From assembly GCF_035084215.1 (NCBI RefSeq), contig NC_090354.1, forward strand, positions 15,624,001 through 15,688,000: a stretch of DNA of 64,000 nt. The letters run 5' to 3'. The translations under genes were made by a program, and so were the position numbers. Below are positions 52,841 to 64,000 of the stretch, piece by piece (the first letter of the stretch is position 1; each line of letters begins with the position of its first letter). A model generated the notes under the pieces. It was not told the DNA's origin and did not search any database. It worked only from the letters and a program-made list of their open reading frames with translations. The stretch comes from Heptranchias perlo (taxonomy: Eukaryota).

Positions 52841-53200
52841 TGAATTGAACCTGGAAGACTTAATGAATTGATTTATACCTGCAACATAACTGTTTGTTTA
52901 TTTAATTTTCAGAAAGTGGGTTGAGCAGGCTCACTGAAATATTTATTTTCATTTATTGCACACAGACTGTGTTGAAAAGCAAAGGGATAAAACCTATAGA
53001 TTTGATGAACTACTGTATACACCCAACAGCTATTTTGTTTCTTTAATTTTTGGGCAGCAGGTCAAGCAGCCTCACTCAATTCTTTATTTTCATGCGGCCA
53101 AAAAATGAATTGAACCCAGACAATTTTAATTGATTAAGTTGTACCTGCAACATAACTATTTAATTTTCAAACAGCAGGTCAGAAGCTTTCACTGACTTTT
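52841..53200. repeat. Degenerate tandem repeat, unit about 130 bp, roughly 3 copies
   Basis: tgaattgaacc...tacctgcaacataact...tttaattttc...cactga recurs at 52841 and 53106, with a more diverged middle copy. Confidence 0.65.
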
Positions 53201-54348
53201 CTACTCCCAGAAATTTTTAGCCACTATGTTGGTTTAAGGAAATCCATTTGATCCAAAAAAGAAAGAAATGGAGTAGGAGATGATAAGTGACAGCCCACTC
53301 ATGTTAATTCAAAGTTGTTCAATTTTTGCTCAAAAAAAACTTCAGCTTATCAGATAATTCAAATAAAGCAATTTCAAATTGAGAGAAGCAATTGTAATTT
53401 CAAAAGTACCTCATACTTTTGTCATTTCCTAAGTTGGTCAGCATTGAAGTTTTGTGAAGAAAAACAAATCTGAAAGACAGTTTAGAGGACCAGCCTGTGA
53501 GTAAATCACATGGTAGTAATTATCCAGTCACGGTTAAGTATAATGAATGGAATAGAGCCACCTAGCTTGTAGGCACATTGACTGTCATTTACCAATTATT
53601 GTGGATTATCCCTCAAATTTACAATGAACACATCATCATTTGTTTATTAGGCTTATGCCTACAATTCCACACACAGAGTTCCTTATTTTACTCGGGATAG
53701 ATGCCAGGTACTTTCCCTGCAGTGAGGGAGCAACATAACACAACTTTAAGGAACTGGCTACAGAAAAGCACTAGCAGGCCTGGCAGCAGCTACCTTCTTG
53801 CCCTTTCAGCCAGGGGCAGGAAAAATTATTTCATTTAGGAGTGAAAATGTATAATACTTCATTAAATCAAAAAAAAATTACTTTACAACATAAGTTTCCA
53901 AACCAGAGTCAGTGGAGGGTCTATCCCAGGAGGTTTGTGAGGTTATTTGATTCTTTTCGATCTATCTGGGGCTGGGCTTATCACATCTCACAAGCACAGT
54001 GCCCAAGAATTTTGATTTCTCTCTTTTTCTGTAGTTGCTAACTTACCAGCACATTATTTCCTTTGCTGTGTGCTAATCAAAAAACATTTTCTGCAGTGAT
54101 AGAAATGGTTTCCTTTGGATAGTTGTCACAGTAATATAGAAGTTAAGAAAATACTCCTTGGGAGTGTGCGGGGTATCCCACACAGAAAAGTTTGAAAAGC
54201 ACTGTTTTGTAAAATAATTAGAAATTCTTCTTATATCGTTTAATGCCAATCTAATCAGACCTTCCAGGCAGGGAGAAGTGATGGTGAGTCTGATGTTCTT
54301 TTTGACAAATACACAGAATTGCACTGTTGCAGAGCTATCTATTATAGT

Positions 54349-54628
54349 TAGGGTTGCCAACCCTCCAGGATTGTCCTGGAGGCTCCAGGAATTAAAGATT
54401 AATCTGCTGGACATTGCTGTAAGCAACCCGGAAGAAAAACAGTCGGGGGCATTAAAAAAAGTGCGCTTTTTTTCCCCATTTGCTTTGAACACTTTTGTTT
54501 ATTAGTTATAAAAATATCGGAGATGGGGGGGGGGGGGAAATGGCTATTTGACTGGGCGAGGCTGTTGGAGGCAGGCAGCTCTGTGATGAAACTTCCAAGA
54601 ATGCGTCTAACCATAGTTGGCAATCTTA
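54349..54628. mobile_element. hAT-superfamily MITE (280 bp)
   Basis: Terminal inverted repeats TAGGGTTGCCAAC...GTTGGCAATCTTA, flanked by a perfect 8-bp TSD ATTATAGT (54341-54348 and 54629-54636). Confidence 0.92.
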
Positions 54629-54694
54629 ATTATAGTACATGTGCATTTAAAGGCACAGGCACTCTTAGAACTAATTCACTATTGCATGTTCTAG

Positions 54695-55058
54695 GACGAT
54701 TTTCCTTGCTACAAAGTGGTGTGCCAAGCCTGAATGGATTCGACTGGATACAGCACCATTTTCTTCACTAAGCAGGGATGCAGGGGCAATCCTAGGGCTT
54801 GGCCTCGGTCTCTCCTCACCAATGTATGCCAGCACACAGGGATGGAAAATGACATGGAAGCTGAAGACTACCTGCATAGTGCTCTCTGTGCTCATAATTG
54901 AGATAATGAATCAAGTCCCACTACCAAAATACTCCAATATCCTGTTTTATGTTCTGTTTTACCTGAAGAATGCATTTGTTCCCATTTTGGTGATTGCTAT
55001 TATCCCCTGGCTGGTGCATTCCATATTTGTAATTCAGCAGTCTCGGAAACAACAGTAG
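54695..55058 (+). CDS. G6PC3: G6PC3 exon 6 (terminal)
   Basis: Encodes (W)TIFLATKWCAKPEWIRLDTAPFSSLSRDAGAILGLGLGL...IIPWLVHSIFVIQQSRKQQ*. Acceptor gttctag|G. Confidence 0.94.
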
Positions 55059-55302
55059 CACCAATGATAGAACTTATATTTAAAAATGGCTTCATCATAT
55101 CCTGCTACACTATTCAGAAATACAACATGCTGCTACAGTTCACCTCCTCCCCAGTTTAAGTGGTAAACTGAATCAAGGCTGATCAAACCGATGTGAGTTC
55201 AAATGGAAATTGTTGCACTGATATTTCCAGAGCCATACACAAAGACATTAAAAAGTGGCAGCTGCCCATCCCATAGCTCTAAATCTCCATTTAATCCTTC
55301 AA

Positions 55303-55308
55303 AATAAA
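55303..55308 (+). terminator. Candidate G6PC3 polyadenylation signal (further AATAAA at 55602 and near 56140-56165)
   Basis: First AATAAA downstream of the stop codon; motif only. Confidence 0.35.
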
Positions 55309-55388
55309 AGACATTTTTCCTCCTTTAAAATATGCCGAAATCACTTTCTATGCCCCAAGGTGTCATGTTTACAATCCATATAACTGGA

Positions 55389-55415
55389 ACACACACACAC
55401 ACACACACACACACA
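55389..55415. repeat. (AC)n microsatellite
   Basis: About 13 AC units downstream of the G6PC3 stop. Confidence 0.95.
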
Positions 55416-58400
55416 GGGACAAACCTGCTCTACAAACTCCGTGACATAGCAACATAGGAATTGCTAGACAAAAAAAGACCAAGGTCCATCTCGTTCGCCT
55501 TCCACTATCCTGGTAGTTGCATGAGTCGTGACTGTGCTATCATGTTGAAAGCTGTAGCTTGTTTATGTTGTGGGTCACACTTTTTCTGTTACTGTGCTGT
55601 GAATAAAGTGCAATTTGTTTTTGAATCACTGAAATATTACTGATTTTACTGCAGCCATAGCCCTTTAATGAAGTGGTTGTGGCTGGGTAGTATAGTCAGA
55701 TGGTATCCTAACCTGCTGTGCTGCAAAGTGGTAGGAGGCAGGATTGTATTCACAGTTGAACACTGAGTTCCTGATCTCAATTAGATAATCATAGAGGTGC
55801 CTACCTCAGCACTTTCCCATGGAGTTAAATGCACCTGAGTATGGGGCGTAATCGGAGATTTTGCCAACAAAGGTCACTGTTGAGGTGCTGATGCGCACCC
55901 TCCCCCCTTAACACCTTCCTACTTCCTTCTCTGCTTTTAAAAACCTCTTCAAAACTGAACATTCTGACGATGCCACTGGCCAACTCTCCTAGACCCTCTA
56001 CTGCTCAGTCTTCCCTGGGTGAAGCACCTTGGGATGTTTTATTACATTAGAGGTACTATATAAATGCATGTTGCTGTTCCCATTGCCTACTTAGTCTGGT
56101 CAGCATGCTGCAAAGAGGCAATTGGAAGTTTATATTTAAAATAAAAGTGTTATTGTTAATAAAAACATGCTATCTGTTTTTTGTTACACCTTTGTCACTT
56201 TATACCAGACATACAGATTAATTTGCTGAGTACAGCAGCTTTTGTACTAGGACTGTAACATAAAACTAAATGTTCACTCTCAGGCTTATAATGTCCACAT
56301 GGCGATGTTCGTCAGGTAGAGTTTTACCTCGTCACTAATATGTAATGTTTTATTTATTTCAGCCACTGGCCCTGGACTTCATAGAGTCATTTAATTATTT
56401 CCCTGCCATTGTATTCCATAAAGTCTGTAGTTTACTTTAATTCTACTTGCAAAAAATATTGATGCAAGAGTACAGATCTCGCTACTTTGCCTCTGACTTA
56501 CTTATGGGAAATTTTTTAATTTGGGAGGAAAAGAATTGCTTTCACTATAACATGGTAAGCTCGCTTTTTAATGCAGTCAAAACAATCCATCCTCCCTGTG
56601 GCAAAATTTTAAAAAAGCACAGTTAAGTTCTATAAACTTGTTGCGTTAGTAAAACTGGACAGATTTACAGTAGAACGTTCAACATGTAATTGCTACACGT
56701 AAAATGCTGGGGCATGCTGACCGCAGGCCAGATATGAATCAAGTACAGAATAGTGCTACACAAGGTCACAGCACAAGTGTAACATTTGGCTGTGCATAAT
56801 AAATAAAAGGATTTCATGAACATCGGCTGTACTTGACTTTGAAAGATGTTCTCATAATCCAATTAACATTGATTGTTAGTGGTTATTGTTTTAATCTTCA
56901 GGTCACAAGGAGCACAGATGTATTCAAATTATGAGATAAGTGAATATTCCTGCAATCTATAAGAGATAAACTGGTAGCAGTACAGGTCCTGTCATGTGAT
57001 CCTGTTGCACTGAATGTTTTGTGCTTCTGTGAAGCAAAAATCGCTTTACATTGCTGTAGGTTTTGTGTAATTCAGAATTCTGGCAAGCATTAAAAAAAAA
57101 ACATTGCCAGCTAGTTAGTCTATTTTTAGCCCTTTTAATATTGGCATAGAGCTGGCTGTTCTGTTGGTACTTCATTAAGATGACAAAAAAAATCTGGTTT
57201 TGTAACCAGTTACCTCCCCCGCTCTCAAAGCTGTGGACTCTTGCTGAGATTTGATTCTATGGAAAATGAAAATTGTGAAATTGGAACAACTGATACCATG
57301 TTGGACGGTGATGGCCACTATAGCCCAGGTGGCTGATCTGTGATGATATCCACATTAAAGTGTTAATGGTTATTTCGTAATCACGGTTGACCACCAGAAA
57401 ATGAGAACCAGTGCAGATTAATAGGTTGGAGTGAGTCACAAGGCAGTAACATATTGAGGACTTCATGATACCAATCAGAACATTTTTAAAATCTATATCA
57501 TCTGAACCTTGAGATGTGTTAGTCTCACATTAGAAACACTTTCCAGCATGCTTTATATTGTAGAATGTATACTGGTGGAGTTTGTGGATACAGTTTTATA
57601 CCATTTTGAAATATTCGGTTGCCAGCAGAGGGACATCATGGCAAATAGGAACAATAAGCCCCTGTAGCCAAATCATGTGACTTTAACAGCAATTTGGTAA
57701 CACCATGTGACTGGAACTGCAAAGGATTTCACATTGCAGGAGAATTGCATACCTTGTACATGTTACATACTGCATAATATAAAGTAGTGAAAAAACTGTC
57801 ACATTATTTTCCAACATTATAATCGTAGAAGGCTCCCTCTTTCTGTCATGCCATGCAAAACCACATTGTAAAATGCACACTTATAATAGAGATGGTCAAT
57901 GATGGTGGTGACCACCACCAATGCAAGATGAACTTAATCAGCAAACTCAAATGAGAAAAGGTCACTAACCCAGAAAGATGCTCTCTATATAATAAAATGT
58001 TTCTGTCTCTAGTGCCTGTAATTTTCTTCTTCTGATTGGCTAAATATCTATTTTACCGACTTCTGTTCATTATGTCGCCAATTGTGTTCTATGAAAAAGT
58101 TTGTTCCTTGTGAACCACTGTAACAGCTTCCTGCCCAAATAAACCTTGGCCTCAGCCTCCCCTTCAAAGACAAGACAGCCACAGAAGATGGACTATAACT
58201 GAATCTTGGGTATTACAGGTTGGAGTGGTGATGCCAGGTGAGGTTTTTTTTGCATTTTCTCTTGGGTTTAATGCCCTGAGTGAACAGTCCACCAACTCAG
58301 CTATGGCAACGACACCAAACCACCGCCCCCCAACCCCCTCATCCCACCCAAAAACAAAACTCCACACTCCAGCCACAGGGGGAATGGCGAGTAAAAGGCA

Positions 58401-58896
58401 CCCAACTTCAACAGCATGTAAATACTTAATAATTTATCAATAAACAGTGCTTAAACTGCCTCATTCTGAGGGCCTATATTTTCCTGACTTGTGGCAATTC
58501 ATCAGAGTCTATTGTCCACTAAAGCTACCCTGACATTGAACAGCTTGATTCCTATAATATTGGTTTATTTTAACCTCAACAGTATGTGGGCTGAAAACTG
58601 CAGCTAACCACAGGCCCAGGAAGACCAGAGATGCCCTGTAATCCAAGGGTAATTTATAATATATTTGAAATATTTTAAAGATTGATTTTGGATTACAATT
58701 TCTATTCAGAAACATAACAACAGCCCTCAAGTGTTAATCATACCAATAATTAATTATATCCTCTCCGTTCCAGACAACCTATCGAAGCTGCTAACTGCAA
58801 TTGGAGTGAATGAACAACAACTGCTAGGGAAATAATTCAGTTTGTACAATCTATAGTATATAGATAGGGTAGAATCTATAGGATAGTAACAAACCT

Positions 58897-59750
58897 CAGG
58901 AGGACATAGACAGACTGGTGAAATGGGCAGACACATGGCAGATGAAATTTAATGCAAAGAAATGTGAAGAGATACATTTTGGTAGGAAGAATGAGGAGAG
59001 GCAATATAAACTAAATGGTACAATTTTAAAGGGGGTGCAGGAACAGAGAGACCTGGGGTGTATGAAACAAATTTTTGAGGGTGGCAGGACAAGTTGAGAA
59101 GGCTGTTAAAAAAAGCATATGGGATCCTTGGCTTTATAAATAGAGGCATAGAGTACAAAAGCAAGGAAGTTATGCTAAACCTTTATACAACACTGGTTAG
59201 GTCTCAGCTAGAGTACTGCATTCAATTCTGGGCACCATACTTTAGGAAAGACATCAAGGCCTTAGAGAGGGTGCAGAAGAGATTTACTAGAATGGTACCA
59301 GGGATGAGGGACTTCCATTATGTTGAGATATCGGAGAAGCTGGGGTTGTTCTCCTTAGAATAAAGGTGAAGGGGAGATTTGATAGAAGCGTTCAAAATCA
59401 TGAACGGTTTTGATAGGATAAATAAGGAGAAACTGTTTGCAGTGGCAAAAGGGTCAGTAACCAGAGGCCACAGATTTAAGGTGATTGGTAAAAGAACCAG
59501 AGGCAACATGAGGAAAAGAAAATTATGCAGCGAGTTGTTATGATCTGGAATGCACTGCCTGAAAGGGTGGTGGAAGCAGATTCAATAGTAACTTTCAAAA
59601 GGGAATTGGATAAATACTTGAAGGGAAAAAATTTGCAGAGCTATAGGGAAAGAGCAGGCGAGTGGAACTAATTGGATAGCTCTACCAAGGAGCTAGCACT
59701 GATATGATGGGCCGAATGGCCTCTTTCTGTGCTGTATGTTTCTATGATTC
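58897..59750 (+). mobile_element. CR1 LINE 3' portion
   Basis: KAYGILGFINRGIEYKSKEVML...LEYCIQFWAPYFRKD; tail ttctatgattc. Confidence 0.93.
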
Positions 59751-60610
59751 AATATCAACACTCAGTTCAGAATAGGAGAGCACAGCTGACACTCTGTCCT
59801 TTCATCTGTGAGTCAATGTTGTGGATTGAAACCCTACTCCAGGATTTGAAGACAAACGTGGCTGATACTCCAATGCAGTAATGAGGGAGTACACGATCAG
59901 AAGTGCTGTTGAATTTCTGTCCTTCAAATAAAAAAAAAGACTTGCATTTATATACCGCCTTTCATGACCTCAAGATGTCTAAAAACGCTTTACAGCCAAT
60001 GAAGTACTTTTGAAGTGTGAATATTGTAATGTAGGAAACATGGCAGCCAATTTGTGCACAGCAAGGTCCCACAAACAGAAATGTGATAATGACCAGATAT
60101 TCTGTTTTAGTGATGTTGGTTGAGGGATAAATATTAAAGGATTATTTAAACTCAAACCAATAAAAGGTGTGTAGTTCTTCCTTGCAGGGCTTATGGAGGG
60201 AATGTCAACAATACACACATTTCTGTGGCAACAACATTTTCAAGCAAGACCTCAGACGGTCTGACCAACCAACCTCGAGTCTTGAATTTTGCTTGGACCA
60301 AAGTTGATTGGACAAAATAATGTTAGTCTACATTTGAACCAGTTAAAACTTTTCACCCAGCCTACATGAACACAGCATTTTTTTTATTTGTTCTTGGGAT
60401 GTGGGCGACACTGGCAAGGCAATACCCACTGCTCATCCCGAGTTTGTAGTTGGTTAAATGTAACAATACATTAATTTAATGTAATTTGGTTTAATGTAAT
60501 TAAACCAATACCATCAGCCTAATCCATTGGTTAGGATGAACATTAAAGATCCCAATGGCACTATTTGAAGAACAGGCAGTTCTGGTGTTCTGATCAACAT
60601 TCCTCGCTCA

Positions 60611-60896
60611 CAGTCTCATGATACAGGTAGGACATTTAGTACTGAGATGAGGAGACATTTCTTCATTCAGAGGGTGGTGAACCTGTGGAATTCTCTACCA
60701 CAGAAGGCTGTGGAGGCCACGTCACTGAGTATATTTAAGAAGGAGCTAGATAGATTTCTAGACACAAAAGGCATCAAGGGGCATGGGGAGAGGGCAGGAA
60801 TATGGTATTGAGATAGAGGATCAGCCATGATCATATTGAATGGCGGAGCAGGCTCGAAGGGCCGTATGGCCTACTCCCACTCCTATTTTCTATGTT
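60611..60896 (+). mobile_element. CR1 3' end inserted into a Deu-domain SINE
   Basis: cagagggtggtgaacctgtggaattctctacc...tcctattttctatgtt; the flanks rejoin as the SINE motif acattcctcgctca/accaacaccacc. Confidence 0.8.
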
Positions 60897-61127
60897 AACC
60901 AACACCACCAAAAAATGAACAGATTGACTGGCCTTTTGCTGTTTGTTGGGATCTTGCTGTGCACAAAATGGCTGTAATATTTGCCTACGTTATAGCAGTC
61001 ACTGTACTCCAAGGTAGTCCATTGTATAAGAGGGCTTTGAGAAGTGATATAAAGGCTATATATATATGCAAACCTTCACCTTTCAGATTAGGACCTTCTG
61101 GTTCCCAGATGTGGCTTATCTCCTGAG

Positions 61128-61146
61128 TGGACGCTAGGGGGCGCAG
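61128..61146 (+). promoter_or_regulatory. CTCF-like motif upstream of the twist gene
   Basis: TGGACGCTAGGGGGCGCAG versus the consensus TGGCCACCAGGGGGCGCTA; motif match by eye only. Confidence 0.6.
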
Positions 61147-62437
61147 TTATCTACACAGACAAAATTAATAGATAAACATCAGAAAATGTGTTAGGTAAAC
61201 TTTCCTTTGTATAATCCCAGACTGTGTCCAGTGACTGAAAAATCATACCTTCCTCTAGATTTTACATAAACATCGTTTCCAATAATCAAAGATTTGATCC
61301 AGTAAAACAAAATTGGGGGGTGGGGCGGATAACTTGAAGTTGATATTTCCCTTTTTCAAGTAGTTTTGTCCAGTCCCGGGCTCTTCCACTAACTTCATAC
61401 GTGGGCTGATTCCCCGATGCGAAGTAAAGGCAGCGCAGAAAAAAATACAGGCCGTTTAGAAATCTAAATCTCCAGCATTGCAAACAGAATTGGTTACAGT
61501 TATATCGTTAAATCCACTTTAATAATTGGAGTATGCAAATATTCCGTGACTACAAATCACGGTATGAGTGTTAATTTGCATTTTCCATTCAGACTGCGTC
61601 TGCTGCCCATGGAGTTTAGCAAGGAACAAAACATGAAATATATTGAATCACAGTTTGCAATAGGGAGCCAGTCGATAGTACAGAACTTTCGTGGGAGCGT
61701 CTTTCGGTCAAGTAAAGTGTAAGATTCAGTCAGGAATAATGCACATTAACGCTATGAATATAACTCATACAGATATTTAGAGACACCAGAATATTATAAA
61801 TAAAATATTTCATTATGGTGGAAGTCTTCTAACGCGACACCTTCGGATTTCTGCCCTAAAATCATTTAGAATTTAAAATTCTTAATGCAACTAACCAATT
61901 AAAACAGTTAAGGTTTAAACACTTCACCATCCTAATTTATGAATTCTGATATAGTAACATTTCCCTTTTTTTGTTACCAAAGCGCGTTTCTTCCCGATTT
62001 AGCCAGCACCGGCATAGTTAATTTGCAAGTCTCGTTACATGAAACGTTTTGTATCCGTCTGGATTCCACTAGATATCCTTTAAGATCAACTTTTTTCTTA
62101 GGAAAAAAATGGGAGTTGATCCGCAGGCTGATTTTATACAGATGTTAGTGGGTGTTTTCTGCACCGTTTGCCAACAGAATACTCCCACTCATTAGAGGGA
62201 ATGTGGCCCAATCAGTTCTGAGCTTCCCCAGGATGTGGGCCCTCTCTTGGATCTTGAAAGCTAAAACCCCCACGAAAACAGTGAAAGATAGAAAGAAGAA
62301 TTAGGGACCACTGGGAGTAAAGTTGCTAAGGCACATCTGTAAGTTTGTTTATTTTTACAAATTCATAATTTCTGTTTACAGAGACCTTTTTTTCCCTCTT
62401 TGCTGACGACAGCCCTTAAAGTTTGGTTGAACACAAC

Positions 62438-62911
62438 ATGCAGGAGGATTCCAATTCCCCGTTTTCTCCTGTGGACAGTTCGAGCAACAGCGAGGAAGAA
62501 CAGGACTCACAGCAGAAGAGAAATGGCAGAAAGAGACGTTCAGGCCAAAGGTCTCAAAGGCCCAGCACCGGGAAGAAAGGGATGAAGATTTCTCCCCTTG
62601 CCCAAAGTTTGGAAGATATTCAGACCCAGAGAGTCGTGGCCAACGTGAGGGAGCGTCAGAGGACACAGTCCCTGAATGATGCTTTTGCAACTCTTCGGAA
62701 AATCATCCCCACTCTGCCTTCAGATAAACTCAGTAAAATCCAGATCCTTAAACTGGCCACCAGGTACATCGACTTCCTCTACCAGGTGCTGCAGAACGAT
62801 GAGATGGATAGTAAGGTGACAAGCTGCAGTTATCTGTCACACGAAAGACTCAGTTATGCATTTTCTGTCTGGAGGATGGAAGAATCCTGGCCCTTGTCTG
62901 CTGGACCTTAG
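62438..62911 (+). CDS. twist3: Twist-family bHLH transcription factor, probably twist3 (single coding exon, 157 aa)
   Basis: [22 protein letters not shown]-terminus, RKRR NLS, b[54 protein letters not shown], and WR/Twist box [13 protein letters not shown]. The first true ATG is 62438 (the ORF track starts at an upstream TTG). Family is certain; the paralogue call rests on KIQILKLA and synteny. Confidence 0.9.
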   Translation: MQEDSNSPFSPVDSSSNSEEEQDSQQKRNGRKRRSGQRSQRPSTGKKGMKISPLAQSLEDIQTQRVVANVRERQRTQSLNDAFATLRKIIPTLPSDKLSKIQILKLATRYIDFLYQVLQNDEMDSKVTSCSYLSHERLSYAFSVWRMEESWPLSAGP

Positions 62912-62928
62912 CATCTGCTACTAATCAG

Positions 62929-63912
62929 GTAAATGCGAGGGGCTTATTGTCATCGAGATGTTTTCAAAATAGTCCGTTGTTGCTAATAATATATAAACTG
63001 AAATAGGCAGCTATACGGAGAGACAGACAGCGATACGTATAAATCGTGCAATGTAGAAGGGCTTAAACAAACACCGTGCAATAATGAGCGCCTTTCATCT
63101 CAACTTCAAGCGTTACCAGATGATACTTTTTCAGCTGCATTGCTGTTTCTTTACTCTTTCACTTTCCACCTATCCTATTCGAACGTGTATATTTTCCTTC
63201 ACTCCCCTGGAATGTTTCCTTTTCCTTTCTGTGTAACATTTCTCTCTTTTGTATGTATTTCTTTCTTTCTTCTGTTCTCCCACTGTCTGTATGAAACAGG
63301 CTTTGAATGATAAATTGTTTGATCAGTCAACACTTTCAAGTTGTGAAAGTCAACAAGCGGCCACCATCTCGGCTGTAACCCCTTTCCCTTGTCCGGAGTA
63401 TTTATTGGCTGTGGCCCCGTAGCGTGAAAGAAAGTTTAAGCAAACACTGAGCAGTAAGGCAACTATTTCTTACTGGCACCTCGAACCCAAACGTTACCAA
63501 ATGTTAACTTTACAGCCACTGCGTATCCAAAGCAATCTACCAGCCGTCGTCACACACACTCCAAAACTCAAACTTCTGGATTCTAATAAACATGTTGACT
63601 CACTTACAAAATCCTTAAACTTCCAGTTCAAGTCAATAAAACGTCAATAACTGTTTCTAACAATACTTGTGTTTAACTGTTTTACTTTAACCAAAAGGAC
63701 TGGCTCTAAATAATGGCTGGTTGTTGGTTTCAGGCTAGTTTTTTTGTTTACGTGGAACTTGTAAAAACAAAACTTCCGCATTCGGTTTTATTGCTGAAAA
63801 GGTCTGGAACTCTTCAAAGGCGCCTAGTCACAGGCTAGGAAGTTGGAATTTACTTGAGGTATTTTTTTCCCCATATCCAAATGATTCAAAACATTCTCCC
63901 TTTGACTTGCAG
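62929..63912 (+). other. Probable 3'UTR intron of the twist gene
   Basis: Donor CAG|gtaaat 17 nt after the stop, where vertebrate Twist genes have their intron. Best acceptor seen is ctccctttgacttgcag| at 63912, which is less certain than the donor. Confidence 0.6.
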
Positions 63913-64000
63913 GCACATTAATATGCTACGTGGGATCTCTACACAAGTGCAACGAGAACATTTTAAAGATGAACTAGCGTAATCAAAAGTCAAGAGCACT

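Larger units (their letters stand above)
38533..55058 (+). other. G6PC3: G6PC3 (glucose-6-phosphatase 3) gene, coding span (exons 38533-38753, 45896-46005, 47517-47607, 48206-48324, 50131-50272, 54695-55058)
   Basis: 221+110+91+119+142+364=1047 nt, 348 aa, in frame. PAP2-family motifs KWLLMGERP, SPSGH and [12 protein letters not shown] are intact. The six-exon structure and adjacency to LSM12 distinguish G6PC3 from the 5-exon G6PC1/2. Confidence 0.95.

Noticed and set aside
61533-61990. snRNA-type promoter (two octamers at 61533 and 61574, a weak PSE-like TCACCAT near 61924)
   Set aside because: No recognisable snRNA body follows and the PSE match is poor. The inverted octamers around a small hairpin look more like a tiny palindromic relic.

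Overview
Vertebrate genomic DNA, AT-rich and repeat-rich. The repeat content (CR1 and L2 LINEs, Deu-domain SINEs, Penelope-type termini, Harbinger and hAT relics) suggests a cartilaginous fish; this assignment is an inference. Three protein-coding genes were reconstructed by hand. (1) LSM12 on the minus strand: 5 coding exons, 588 nt, 195 aa, with a GT-AG U12-type (minor spliceosome) first intron. (2) G6PC3 on the plus strand, head-to-head with LSM12: 6 exons, 1047 nt, 348 aa, all three phosphatase motifs intact. (3) A Twist-family bHLH gene with a single coding exon (157 aa), most likely twist3, the paralogue lost in mammals, lying where human has G6PC3-HDAC5. The most unusual structures are: a tandem duplication of the G6PC3 promoter and exon 1 whose downstream copy is frameshifted but keeps its splice donor; a young perfect 55-bp Penelope-type palindrome carrying split hammerhead-ribozyme halves; a 150-bp-arm inverted repeat with an internal micro-inversion next to the LSM12 promoter; and divergent CTCF-like sites between G6PC3 and the twist gene. 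No rRNA, intact tRNA or CRISPR array was seen, and I found no evidence for a wholly new multi-gene system. Gene identities come from recalled family sequences and exon arithmetic, not from database searches. Repeat boundaries are approximate unless a target-site duplication (TSD) is given.
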